DNA from: the human T2T-CHM13v2.0 reference genome, Homo sapiens | Reading direction: 5' to 3' (one strand) | DNA: 64,000 bases | Assembly (NCBI RefSeq): GCF_009914755.1 | Contig: NC_060929.1 | Shown here: in pieces, positions 16,191 through 30,076 of the stretch | Position numbering within the stretch: the stretch's first letter is position 1 | How the letters are laid out: each line of letters opens with the position of its first letter | The notes under the pieces: model-generated | What the model saw: the letters and a program-made list of their open reading frames with translations, nothing else | The model's database searches: none | What the model was told of the DNA's origin: nothing | Position numbers and translations under genes: made by a program

Positions 16191-16409
16191 GTTCCTCCAG
16201 GTTTTTATCTCTATTCACCTGTTTTTTATTAGAATATTCTTTGTCAAATGATAAACTCAAAAATCTTAATAGTATCTTCTCCTGAGCTAGTTTCTGTCAT
16301 GTAGCTAAAATGGATCTCCTTAAATAGTTTCCTATTTTCTGTACGCTATAAAAGAAACGAATTCTTAGGCAACCTAAATCATTCTATAGTTCTTTAGTCA
16401 ATCTAGTAA

Positions 16410-16800
16410 TGCATTAATTGGGCAAATATTTATTGAATGCCTACTATATTTTGGGGATAGTGTTATGGATTGAAGACACAGCAGTGGGAAATGTACACAG
16501 TGCCCACATTTATGGAGCTTATATTTTAGTGTGAGACAAACATTAAATAATAAATTATGTTATTATTAATTTAATTTCACTTAGGAGGGATGTTATGAAG
16601 GCCATGTACAAGGTGCTAAAGTGAGCCTTTTACAGTGGAGCCTGACCTGCTCAGAAAAGATCAGGGAAGACCTTTTTGAAGATATGTTTTTCTTAGAGTG
16701 AGTTCTGAAGAATGGATAAGAGTTAGCTAGGAGAAGGGAGGGTGCACAGGAAGAATATCTGAGAAGGAAGGAACAAAGCAGACAATGCAGAATAACTCCT
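16410..16800 (-). mobile_element. L2 3' fragment
   Basis: 'caaatatttattgaatgcctactata...atggagcttatattttagtg...atcagggaagacctttttgaaga'. Confidence 0.75.
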
Positions 16801-16946
16801 GTAGTTGACTCTTTAACCTCAGGCCATGGGTCCTCAAATCCATGGATTCTGAAATCTGCCCCCATCTTAAAAGTTCCTTTATACATTACAGCAGATTTCA
16901 GTTCTGAAATGTGTGTGTGAAAATATTTTTAAGAATATATGTATCA

Positions 16947-17243
16947 GGCTGGGCACAGTGGCTCACACCTGTAATCCTAGCACTTTGGGAGGCCGAGGTG
17001 GTGGCTCGCTTGAACTCAGGGGTTTGAGACCAGCCTGGACAATATGGCAAAACCACGCCTCTACAAAAAAATACAAAAATTAGGTAGACATGGTGACGCA
17101 GCCTTGTGATCCCAGCTACTGGGGAGGCTGAGGTGGGCTGATCACTTGAGCCAGGGAGGTGGGGTTGTAGTCAGCTGACCTTGAGCCACTGTGCTTCAGC
17201 CTGGGAGACAGAAGGAGACGCTGTTTCAAAAAATATATATATA
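16947..17243 (+). mobile_element. AluJ
   Basis: Diverged dimer with 'gcttgaactcaggggtttgagacc' and 'gatcacttgagcc'; TSD-like aatatatgt[a/g]tca. Confidence 0.9.
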
Positions 17244-17314
17244 AAATATATGTGTCAGTTTTTGTTAGTGCTGAGCCTGTATCCCCTTCATATTCACTTC
17301 TACTTGCCAAGGAT

Positions 17315-17388
17315 TTTTTATTTTCAAAAATTTAAAATATTTAATTGCTAGATAAAAATTATATATATTCAGGGTATATAACATGGTG

Positions 17389-17447
<59 letters not shown>

Positions 17448-18579
17448 ATTGTGCAATGATTACCAGAATCAAATTAATATATATGCTCCCACCCATAGTT
17501 ACCATTTAAGTGTACATTGAGAGCACTTAATATTTGCTCTCATAAAATTTCAAGAAGACATGAATAAAGTATTATTAACTAGAGCCACCATAATTTGATG
17601 CTGTACGCTAAATCTCCAGAACTTATTTATCTTAGAACTAAAATTTTACACACTTTGACAAACAGATCTTCATTTCCCCTACCCTCTAGCATCTGACCAC
17701 CATTGTTCTAATGTCTGCTTCTAAGAGTTTGACTTTCTTAGGCTCCAAATATAAGCAAAATCATGCAGTATGTCTCTTTTTGTGTTTGACTTATTTCACT
17801 TGGCATAATGTCCTCCAGGTTCATTCTTGTTGTCACAAATGACAGGATTTCCTTCTTTCATATGGCTGAATAATATTCAATTTTACATTTGTATATAAAA
17901 TATATTAATGGACATGTTAATACATAAAATATACAAAATATTAACATCCATTATGTAAAATATAAGAGGCATATTAATATATAAAATATATATATTGCAT
18001 TTTTTGAATCCATGCATTCACTGATGATTACCTAGGTTATTTCCGTGTCTTGACTATTGCAAATAATGCTGCAATGAACATAATACTAATTTTATTTCCT
18101 TTGGATATATACCAGAAGTGGCATTGCTGGGTCACGTGGTAGTTCTATTTTTAAAATTTTAAGGAAATTTCATATTATTTTTCATAATAATTAAAACTTC
18201 TGCATAGCAAAGAAAATAACAAAATAAAAAGGCAACCTATGAGATGGGAGAACATATTTGTGAACAATGCATCTGATGAGTTAGTATCAAAAATATATAA
18301 GGAATTCACACAACTCAATAGAAAAAATAAAAATAACCCTACTAAAAATAGGTAGAGGACCTGAAGAGATTTTTTTTTCAAAGAAAACATATAAATAGTC
18401 AACATATATGTGAAAAGGTGTTCAACATCACTGTCACAGAAACACAAATAAAAACCATAACATGATATCATATCAGAAAGGCTATTATCAAAAATATGAG
18501 AGATAACACGTGTGGGTGAGGCTGTGAAGAAAAGCAAAGCCTTGAGCACTGTTGGTGGGAATGAAAATTGTCATAGCCA
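17315..18579 (-). mobile_element. L1MA8/9-like element with 5' inversion (antisense 17315-~18188, sense ~18189-18579)
   Basis: Antisense L1MA 3' UTR switches at ~18188 to sense ORF2 sequence ('aaaacttctgcatagcaaagaaa...gttggtgggaatgaaaattgtcatagcca'). Confidence 0.85.
17391..17444. repeat. (TA)27 microsatellite
   Basis: Uninterrupted TA run. Confidence 0.97.
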
Positions 18580-18599
18580 GGAAGCCAAGATATTCTAAT

Positions 18600-21192
18600 T
18601 GAGAACACCTACACCTCTTTGCCTCAGAGCCTTTTTTGCTGGAGCCATGTTCAACTCAAGCAACGGCAGCTGAAAGGGCCAGAAGTCTACACTCTAGGGA
18701 ACACTTTTCAGCCAGTGGATGCCAGTGTCATAGGATAATTAGCATCACCTTCTTGTCCTACAGTTGGGAAACCTCTAAGGAGCATTTTAAACTCTACCCC
18801 AGTGTACCCCAGTGGGATTGAGCTGTAGTTTTCTTCATAACACGAACAATTTTGATTTTGTTACACTCTTGTATCTTCTCCATATTCTACTTCCAGTGTT
18901 TCTTAGTATTACCTCCTAAATAGATTACCTGGTGATATGGTTTGGCTGTGTCCCCACCCAAATCTCACCTTGAATTGTAATTATCCCCATGTGTCAAGGG
19001 CAGGGCCAGGTGAAGATAATTGAATCATGGTGTCGATTTCCCCTACAATGTTCTCATGGTAGTGAATAAGTCTCATGAAAGCTGATGGTTTTATAAATGG
19101 GAGTTCCCCTGCACAAGCTCTCTTGCTTGCCATCATGTAAGATGTGCCCTTGCTCCTCATTCGCTTTCTGCCATGACTGTGAGGCCTCCCCAGCCATGTG
19201 GAACTGTGAGTCAATTAAACTGCTTTCCTTCATAAATTACCCAGTCTCAGATATGTCTTTATTAGCAGCATGAAAAAACAGATTAATACAGTAAATTGGT
19301 ACCACTGTAAAGATACCCGAAAACGTGGAAGTGACTTTGGAACTGGGTTACAGGCAGAAGTTGGAACAGTTTGGAGGGCTCAGAAGAAAACTGGAAGATG
19401 TGAGAAAGTTTTGAGTTTTCTAGAGACTTGTTGAATGGCTTTGACTAAAATGCTGATAGTGATATAGACAATAAAGTCCAGTCTGGAATGGTCTCCGATG
19501 CATGTGAGGAACTTGTTGGGAACCGAAGTAAAGGTGACTCTTGCTATGTTTTGACAAAGAGTCTGGTGGTAGAGATTTGTGGAATTTTGAACTTGAGAGA
19601 GATGATTTAGGGTATCTGGCAGAAGAAATTTCTAAATGTCAAAGCATTCAAGAGGAAGCAGAGCATGAAAGTATGGAAAATTTGCAGCCTGATGATGCAC
19701 TAGAAAAGAAAAAACAATTTTCTGGAGAGAAATCCAAGCCTGCTGCAGAAATTTGCATAACTACCAAGGAGCCAAATGTTAATCATGATGACAATGGGGA
19801 AAATGTATCCAGGGCATGTCAGAGATCTTCTTGGCAGCCTTTCCAACACAGGCCCAGAGGTCCAGGAGAAAAAAATTGGTCTCCTAGACTGGGTCCTATG
19901 CTGAGTGCAGCCTAGGGACTTGGTGCCTTTCCTCTCAGGTACTCCAGCTGTTGCTAAAAGGAGCCAAGGTACAGCTTGGGCCATGGCTTCAGAGAGTGCA
20001 AGCTCCAAGCTTTCACAGCTTCTATGTAGTGTTGAGCCTGTGGGTGAACAGAAGTCAAGAATTAAGGTTTGGGAACAGTGCCTGGATTTCAGGTGATGTA
20101 TGGAAACGCCTAGATGTCTAAGCAGAAGTTTGTTGCGGGAGTGCGGCCCTCATGGAGAACCTCTGCTAGGACAGTGTAGAAGGGAAATTTGGGTTGAAGC
20201 CCCCACATAGAGTCCCCATTGGGGCACTGCCTAGTGGAGCTGTGAGAAGAGGGCCATCATCCTCTGGACCCCAGAAAGGTAGATCCACCAACAGCTTGCA
20301 CCATGCACCTGAAAAAGCTGCTGACACTAAACACCAGCTGTGAAGGCAGCTGGGAGGGGCCCTGCACCCTACAAAGCCACAGGCAGGGCTGCCCAAGACC
20401 ATGGGAACACACTCTTGCATCACTGTGACCTGGATATGGGACATGGAGTCAAAGGAGATCATTTTGGAACTTTAAGGTTTAATGGCAATGGCTGCTCTAT
20501 TGGATTTCAGACTTGCATGGGGCCTTTAGCCCCTTTGTTTTTGACAATTTCTCCCATTTGGAATGGGTATATTAACCCAATGCCTGTACCCACATTGTAT
20601 CTAAGAAGTAACTAACTTGCTTTTGATTTTACAGACTCATAGGTGGCAGGGAATTGCCTTGTCTCAGATGAGAGTTTAAACTTGGACATTTGTGTTAATG
20701 CTGAAATGAGTTAAAACTTTGGGGGCCTGTTGGAAGGGCATGATTGTGTTTTGAATTGTGATGACATGAGATTTGGGAGGGGCCAGGGCTGGAATGATAC
20801 GGTTTGGCTGTGTCCTCACCCAAATCTCACCTTGAATTGTAATAATCCCCACATGTCAAGGGTGGGGCCAGATGGAGATAATTGAATCATGGGGGCAATA
20901 TCCCCCATATTGTTCTCATAGTAGTGAATAAGTCTCATGAGATCTGATTATTTTTTAAGTGGGAGTTCCTCTGCACAAGCTCGCTTGCCTGCCACCATGT
21001 AAGATGTGCCCTTGCTCTTCATTCTCCTTCTGCCATCATAGTGAGGTCTCCTCAGCCATGTGGAACTGTGAGTTAATTAAAACTCTTTGCTTTATAAATT
21101 ACCCACTCTTGGGTATGTCTTTATTAGCAGTGTGAGAACAAACTTATACACCTGGTCATATCTTTGTCCCTGTGATAAGCCAAACAAAGCCA
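18600..21192 (+). mobile_element. LTR16-like ERVL LTR split by the THE1B insertion (18600-18932 and 21156-21192)
   Basis: 'ccccagtgggattgagctg...ttacctcctaaatagattacctgg' resumes after THE1B as 'tcatatctttgtc...ccaaacaaagcca'. Confidence 0.6.
18933..21150 (+). mobile_element. Full-length THE1B MaLR provirus (LTR 18933-19290, internal 19291-20794, LTR 20795-21150), TSD cctgg
   Basis: Two homologous LTRs; internal start 'gtaaattggtacca'; polypurine tract 'gggaggggccagggctggaa'; cctgg at 18928-18932 and 21151-21155. Confidence 0.95.
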
Positions 21193-21338
21193 TTCATTAC
21201 TGGAGGAAGTCCCTGAAAAGAAATTCTTAGAATAGGTTCCTTTGAATGGGATCACTTATCTCCTTGAGTAGCTGAAGTTTTTAATTTTGATGAAGCCCAA
21301 ATTATTAATTGAGTTTTCTTTTAAGATTAATATTTTTA

Positions 21339-21656
<318 letters not shown>

Positions 21657-22047
21657 CCACACAAGTATTTTTGGAAATTTGTTAAGAAATCTTTGTCTAT
21701 TTACATAAGAGTTCCAAAAATATTTTAATATGTTATTGTCTAGGAACTCCATACTTTTTGAATTTTATATTTAATCTGCATTCTATTTTAAACTAAAATT
21801 TATATATGGTGTGAAGTATGATTACAGCACCACCTGTTGAATTGACTTCCTTTGCCCTTTAAATTGCTTTGAATTATTCATCGAATATCATTTGATTATA
21901 TTTGCTTGAGGCCATTTCTGCCCTTTCTTTTAAGCTGTATTCCTCCATTTGTTTATATTTATGCTAATACCATATTCACTAAAACATATAGTAAGTTATT
22001 TAAATACCACTTGAAACAAATTTTTAGTAAAACTTTAAGACTTCTAA

Positions 22048-22401
<354 letters not shown>

Positions 22402-23842
22402 TGGTTCTTCATATTTTCATATAAAATGTTAGTTTATCAATTTCTGCTGAAAAGCCCTGATGATATTTTAATTGATATAGCATTTTATTTTTTTAATTAG
22501 ATATGATTACGCTATTTAAAATTTTTCTTCTTTCTACATGTAAGAATGATAATCCTCTCCTTTTACTTAATTCTTTAAACTTTCTAAGGAATGCCATACA
22601 GTACATTAGAGTTCTTATACATGTTATTAAATTTGTTCTTAAGTAGTTTACATATTCCTGTGCTATTTATTTTTAATTTTATTTTCAGCATTTTTTGTTA
22701 GTATATTGAAATATAACTTATTTCTTATATTAGATTTAGCATTTTTGTAGATTCCTTTAGCGTTTCTTCATAGAAATCATGCTTTCTGGAAGTTTTATTT
22801 CTCATATTCCAACCTTTATATATTTTATTTCTTATTTTATCTTACTTCATTAGAATCTCTAGTGTGAAAGTGAATAGAAGAGATATGAGTGTATATACTT
22901 TGCCTCATTCTGATTTTAGTCTTAGGGCAAAAGCACTCATGAGTTCACCATTAAAAGTGCTTTTATATATGTGCCTTTTATCAAATTTAGGAAGTTTTCT
23001 TCTATTACTAGGTAGCTAAGTGATGTCATCATGAATAGGTGTTGGATTTTGTCAGAAGGCGTTTTCTGCTTCTAGTGAATAATAACATTATTTATCTTCT
23101 TGATTCTATTAATGTGATGAATTACAGTGTTGATTTTAGGTATCAAATTAAGTTTGCCTTTCTGGACACACTCCACTGGCCATGATTTATTATTATTATT
23201 AATTTTTATATTGCTGAACTTGATTTTCTTAGTCTTTGCAAGGATTTTCTATTTCATGAGGGATATTGGGCTATATTTTCTTCCTTTAATGTCTTTGTCA
23301 GCCTTTGGTTTTGCTGTTAATCCAACCTAATGAAATAAAATGATGAGCCTTCTCTCCATCTTCTATTTTCTGAAAAAGTTTGTGTAATATTAACATTAGT
23401 TACTCTTTGTATGTTTAGTAGTATTCATGGAGGAAACCATCTGTGCCTATTTTCATCTTTTTGAGAAGGCTTTGGAATTTATTTAGTTTCTACATATTTT
23501 CTACTTATTTTAATAAATTATTTTTGTTCAGTACCTTTTTCCATTTTATCTACATTACTAATTTGTAATTTGTAATTCAGTAATTTCTAATTTTTTTTTA
23601 GTGCCTATTGGATCTGTAGTGATAGCCCATTTTCATTCTTAATATTAAGAATTTATACTTTTTTCTATTATTTTTGCTAAGTTTATCACTTACATTAAGC
23701 ATTCTAAAGAAACAAATTATGACTTTGTCAATTTTATCAATTATTGTCTGTCTTCTACTGTTATGTTTATTTGTTTTTCTCTACTTACTGTGGGTTTATT
23801 TTGCTCTTTTTTCTGCTAACATTTTTAGGTGAATGCTTAGAT

Positions 23843-24051
23843 CATCAACCACAAACTACAGCCCACAGGCCAGATATCTGTTTTTAAGAATGAGGTTTTA
23901 TTGGAACATAGCTACACTCATTCATTTATGTAGTATTTATGGCTGCTTTTGTGTCACAATGGCAGAGTTCAATAGTTGCTGTAGAGACCATTGTCCATAA
24001 ATCTAAAATATTTTTTGCCAGACTCCTTAAGAAAAAATATGACAATCTCTA
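23843..24051 (+). mobile_element. MER58A hAT-Charlie DNA transposon fossil, 8-bp TSD gcttagat
   Basis: 'caaactacagcccacaggcca...gttttattggaacatagctacactcattcattta...atggcagagttcaatagttgc'; TSD at 23835-23842 and 24052-24059. Confidence 0.85.
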
Positions 24052-25039
24052 GCTTAGATCACTAATTATAGAAATTTCTTTTCCATTATAAACTTCTAAA
24101 GGTTTGAAATATCCTTTAAGCTTCACCATAATTACATCTCACAAATTTTATGCTGTGCTTTTATTTTTATTCATTTCAAAATGTTTTCTCATTTCTCCTT
24201 TCTTCTTTGACTCTAGGGTTAGGTAGATACCTGTTGCTTAATTTACAAATAATTGAGAATTTTGTCATTTTTTTGTTTTTGATTTCTAATTTTGTGTTTA
24301 CCTCAGATACAATATGCACAAAATGATAATTTCAATTCTTTGAACTGTATTAAGATGTGTGACCTGGTATAATGTCTACCTTGATATATGTTACATACGC
24401 ACTTGAAAATAATACATCCTCTGCAGCTGTTAAGTATAGTGTTCTATAAATTTCTATTTGGTCAAGTTGGTTGATACTATAGTTTAGATTTTCTACATCT
24501 TTACTTGGTTTTTGTCTATCTATTCTATCAATCAACAAAAGGAGGGTATTTATATTCAAATATGGGTGTGGATATGTCTGTTTTTATGTTTAATGCTGTC
24601 AATTTCTGCTTTATATTTTTAAGAATTCTGTAATTAGATTCATGTAAACTTGGGATTTTTCATGATTCTTTGATTAATTGGTGCTTTATAATTTTAAGTT
24701 ATTCTCTATCTCTGATGCTATTTCTTGTTCCGAGATTTACTTTGTCTGACACATAGCCAAACTAGCTTTATTATGATTTTTGTTTACCATAGTGTATCTT
24801 ATTCCATACTGTATCCATACTTATTCCATACTTATTCCAGGCTATCTGTATCTTCCTATATGTATCTTTATATTTGAAATGTGTCTCTTTTAAGAACAAT
24901 ATAGTTGGGTCTCTTTTGTTTATTTCTAATAATTCACTCTGAAAATTTCTTCTAATTGGAGTTCTTAGCTCATTTACATTTAATGTTAAATGTTGATATT
25001 TTTTGGTTTAAATCTACCATCTGGCTATTTGTGTTTTAA

Positions 25040-25164
25040 TTTTTTTAGGGACAGGGTCTTGCTATGTTGCCCAGGGCGGTCTTATACTCCTGGCCTCAAG
25101 TGATCCTCCTGCCTCAGCCTCCCGAAGTGCTGAGACTACAAGGCATGAGTAAGTGAGCCCAGCC
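25040..25164 (-). mobile_element. FLAM-type Alu monomer
   Basis: Single arm 'gacagggtcttgctatgttgcccagg...ctcctggcctcaagtgatcctcctgcctcagcctcc'. Confidence 0.85.
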
Positions 25165-25939
25165 CTGTCTATTTGTTTTTATGTATTCCCTTTGTTGCTA
25201 CTGCTTTCCCTGAGATTCTTATTTTTTTCTCTCTTTTGTAGCAATCATGCATTTTTTAGTATTTCATTTAAAATACTTTTTTCATTTCTACCTATACCTC
25301 TTTGTTTATCCAGTTTTTAATGGTTGCCCTAGAGACTAGAATATATATGCTTAAATTATAAAAGTCTGTCTTGAAATAATGTAATGCAACTTTACACAAA
25401 ATGTAAAAATCTCTCTCTCAATGCTATAATTTCATTTAGTACCTCATTCTGTATTTTTGTGATATATTTACAACTACATATGGTGAAATTCCATAATATA
25501 ATGCTATTATTATTCTTCAGCCTGGAGAACGTACTTCAGTACTTTGTGTAAAGTAGGTTTTATACATCTTTTGACATGCTAATTGGACTCAGAACTTTAT
25601 ACATGTTCTTATAATTATAGAATAATGTGGTCTTAGCATAGCCTGATTTATCTGTATTACATGCACATTTCTAAGTGGAAGAATTATAGGGACATGATTG
25701 AAAACACTCAGAACACCTAGACCAAAACCCAGAAGGAGTAACCAAACTATAATCATAACCAAATGACCAAATATCTAAGTTCTAAGATCAGTTATTGTCA
25801 ACATCCACGTCAAGTCAGTTTTACTGCTAAAGGCATGTCATCAGAGCTGACAGTCAGTGATGATGCTTGGAGGCATAAGAAGGAAAGATCCTATGATTAC
25901 AGTATCTGCTACTTTCCAGTTTTATATATCTTGGGGATA

Positions 25940-26085
25940 AAAGTTAATTTGGTTCTCAGAACAACTCTGCAATACAAGTTTTATCACTCCTATTTCACAG
26001 ATAAAACAAGTATTTATGGTAGTGCATATGGCTAGAAAGGACCCCAGCTGGTAACTATGAGTGTAATAAGTATGGTTTAAACCCT
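25940..26085 (-). mobile_element. MIR SINE fragment
   Basis: 'ttctcagaacaactctgcaatacaagttttatcactcctatttcacagataaaacaa'. Confidence 0.55.
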
Positions 26086-28829
26086 GAATTAGGAGGTTGA
26101 CTAGACTTCAGAATAATTAAAGAAACCAGTGTGACTCCATCCCACACCATCATATGAACTTGACACACCACATGTCAGGTGGGGCCTGGAGTGAGGCCAT
26201 AGCTCAGTAGTCACATAATTGCCTAGGGCTAAGACAAGAGATTGTAAGTTAATTGTATTTCTGGATGAGGATGAGGATTCCAATGTCTTACCTTCCTTTT
26301 TCACATCCATTCTGGGAACTGGTTAGCACCAAATGAAGACATAAGTGCCTGTAGCACAGTAGTATTGTCAAAGGTGGGAATGACAAAATAGAAGCCGGAT
26401 ATAGACCATTCAGTTATTCCCTGTTGCAGGAAACAAAACAAAACAACATTGCTAGGTAATTTTTTACTAATGGAACTCTTGCCTACTTTTCCAGATCATC
26501 ACAAAATATTGGCAGAATGTCTGTTATGTTTCTAACGGGACAAGTCATCATAAACACTGAAAGCAGATATTGTGCCCTCCTGCTGTTGCTCACCTAAAAG
26601 CTATGCTATTATTTGAATTCCTTTCTTCTAGTTATATCTGTTATACATAGAGTAAAAATGCTCATCCTCTTCCTCTGCTACCCTTTTTCCCCACAAATTC
26701 ATTTATTTATTAAAAAACATATAATTTACCATCAGACTTTTTGCCCTTAGCCAAAACAATTATCTTTTTTAAAAAAACTTTTTAGTATAGGTTCTGTTTT
26801 CTCATTCTTTTATACTTTCTATGTTCTCCCATGAGAGATATTTTTCTTTAATTATAATCAATCTTAAGTCACTCTATCATAATATACATTTTTATTAGAC
26901 ATTATTGGAAAATATAAATTAAAATTTCTAGGAAGCCAAATCATACATTTCCTGTGGTTCTGTTCAAGGTGGAAATGAAAGTCATTTCTGGGTATCAAGG
27001 CCAAAGCAACTTGGGCAAAGAAGCAGTGAGATGCTGCAGTTGTCTTGCATGTTTATTAGTGTAATGAATCACATTTATGAAAGCATTACAAAGTTATAAA
27101 CAGTTATAACAGCGCAGAGTGGTCCATCCGAGATACTCAATATATAACTATTTTATTACTGCAGTGGACCAACATTACAATTAACTAAGGAAACAGGGTA
27201 CATATAAGTTATTCCAAAAAAAAAAGAGTGACTTTCTGGACTACTTTAAAAGTGTATTCTCATAAGTCACAAATAATTGTACAGCTATCAAAATATTATA
27301 CATAAATCCATAAAGGCACCCTTGCCACAACACTATTTAAATCGCATAGAATAAATCTTGAATAGGATGCAGGATTTTGTCTTTAGAGCTGTGTACAATG
27401 AAGAAATTCGAGTCTAAAAGGTGCAAGAATAGTTTCATACATTCAGAAATATCTCTGTCAATAAGATCTTGCTATCTAGTCTGTTGATCGTTTTCCATTT
27501 TACCCAAGAATCAGTCTCAGTCAGTGATGCATGCCTACCTCTGTGCTGGTTCTCCCAAGCTCCACTTCCCTCTGCCAGCATAAATCTCTGCAGATGGATG
27601 ACAGCAAGTTACCTTGTCTGTTATCTCCCTGTTTTGCACACTCAAATGCCTTCTCTTGTCTTAAAGGGGAAAGCTATGATGACAGATTATAAGGACAAGA
27701 TATCATTTTGTAATTTAACATCATTATTTCAAAGACTCTAACATTTATCTGCATAGTGCTTTTTGAAGGAATTGCCTGCTGTTAGCATTGACTCAACTAT
27801 TTCTTTCAAAGAGTGGAGAAAGTTCTAGGATTCATTAGTCTTCAAACACATTTCTTAAAAGCTTTGTGTTCAGCAAAATCCAAATTATATTTTGAAGCAT
27901 TTTCTTCTTACCTTAGAAACCTTTTAGTGTTTAAGAAAAATACAATCAATAGCTACTCTTCCTACTTAAGCTTTAAATCAATAAAATGCACGTTTTAAGT
28001 TATTTGATATCCCCAAATATTTAATTTTATCAATAACATCAATTTGTCTATTGCAATTTTTTAAAATTTCCCAATTATTTACTTATAAAGCTCTACCAGT
28101 ACATTTGAATACTTAAACAAATTATGAAATATTAGCCCTCGTGTTGGTTAAAAATATTGTGTATATAGGACAGTGACTTAACCTATGTGATAATTTTCCT
28201 ATTTATTGTAAAGTTGTTCCCCCAAAATGTCATTGTGCCTAAAGGGTGATTGAGGCTCTCGAAATTACTAATCTGATGTTAAACTTACTTATTAAGCACT
28301 TTACCCTAAATATGTACATAGTCCTGGCAGTGATGAGTGAACATATTCAATCTTAGAGATCAATTACTATTCTTTTGGCTTCCATAAAGTACACACTCTT
28401 TACTAATTGTAAGTTCAGCACTGGAACCCACTTTTCATTGGCCACATACAATCAAATGTCTAATGATGATTCTGAGCTATTAGTAGCAGTAGTACCTGGG
28501 TGCTTCAACTGAGGGAAGACTCAGGACTTGTTCTGGGTCTGACTCTTGCAGGTACCACTTTTCCAACATTCTTTCCAAGAACAGAGGTCTAAAGCTTGCT
28601 CACTACATGAGACTTCTATCTAGGAGTCTGTTTCCTGTTCCTCTTTATAGTTCTCTGCTGTAAGGTAGTATGGAGTGATACTTTAAGTAGGCCGATGAGA
28701 CAATTATATCAGGTCAACAACTGAACAAGGCCTTCTATACTCTTGCTGTAGTAACAGGGCAAAAAGACTCTTTCCTCAGTCCTAGCCTTAGATACTGCGC
28801 ATATTCAAGCACAGATGTTTTATGATTTC

Positions 28830-29185
28830 TGATATGGTTTGGCTGTGTGTCCCCACCCAAATCTCATCTTGAATTGTAATAATCCCCACGTATTGTGGAA
28901 GAGACCTAGTGGGAGGTTATTGAATCATGGGGGCAGGTTTTCCCATGCTGCTGTCATGATAGTGAATAAGTCTCATGAGATTTGATGGTTTGATAAAGAG
29001 GCGTTCTCCTTCACATGCTCTCTTGCCTGCCACCATGTAACATGTTCCTTTGCTCTTCCTTCTTCCACCATGATTGTGAGGCCTCCTCAGCCATGTGGAG
29101 CTGTGAATTAGTTAAACCTCTTTCCTTTATAAATTACCCAGTCTCAGGTATGTCTTTATTAGTAGCATGAGGATGGGCTAATACG
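28830..29185 (+). mobile_element. THE1B solo LTR, TSD atttc
   Basis: tgatatggtttggctgtg...ggctaatacg; atttc at 28825-28829 and 29186-29190. Confidence 0.93.
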
Positions 29186-30076
29186 ATTTCAGTATTAAAG
29201 GAAGGGTGGGTTTGAGATTGAATACAGAGGAGATGCCTAGCTCAAGTTCTCTGGTCTTTAAGCCAATAATTGGGGTAGGAGGTGGTATCTGGCCCTCTTC
29301 CCTTGCACTGATAGCAGCCTCCTTTCTGAAATGCCAATCTAATTCTCAACTCTTACCAGTAATTTGAACCCAAAGGAAGCAATATCTTCAGGTAACACAA
29401 TTAGAGAATTAAAAATATTTCTTAGCTTTCTGGTAATAAAACTTCCTTTTTGTTATGTAAGCTTATATTTCAATTATTAGACATTCCATTATTAAATGTA
29501 TTTTCATAAAGCAGTAAGTACTTGGCTTTTGTCACCTTGCTATCCTACAATGAACTTTTAAATTTTATAAAGGCTGGATCTATGTTTTATACAGTTTATT
29601 TAGGCTCAAAGTATCTGTCTTACTTTTGCATTTTTTATTTTGCTGTGGGACAGTATGCCTTTAGTTTTGTGAGACAAATTACAAATCATAAATAGTTCTT
29701 TGTCTTTGCTTATGTATTTATTCACCTTATATCCCTGAAATCTTGAGTGTTTTTGTTTTCTTTTCATTTGGAAGCCATTTATTCCTACACTATTTTCTCC
29801 ATAAGATAAGCTGATTAATAAATTTAGAGATAAACACAATTCTGCAAAATTACCACTCCCTAGATTTCCAAATGAAGTAATTAATGGATCCTAAAATTGG
29901 GTTACTTAAAGCAGTTTTTCTCCCTGCATTTACTGAGGTCAGTAAGATAGGGAGTTTTTACTTCCTTTGGACAAGAACATGCATCAATTTCTTAGGACCA
30001 AGCTAAAATCATTCTCTCAAACCAAGACACTTATAATATTATACTACTATAATATTATTAAATATTTCCATGGCAA

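Noticed and set aside
19541-20615. Several 63-124 aa ORFs
   Set aside because: Broken remnants of the THE1 internal region; no intact ORF.
24350-24559. 69-aa ORF resembling an endonuclease
   Set aside because: Fragment of L1 ORF2 within a decayed L1M, flanked by stops and frameshifts.
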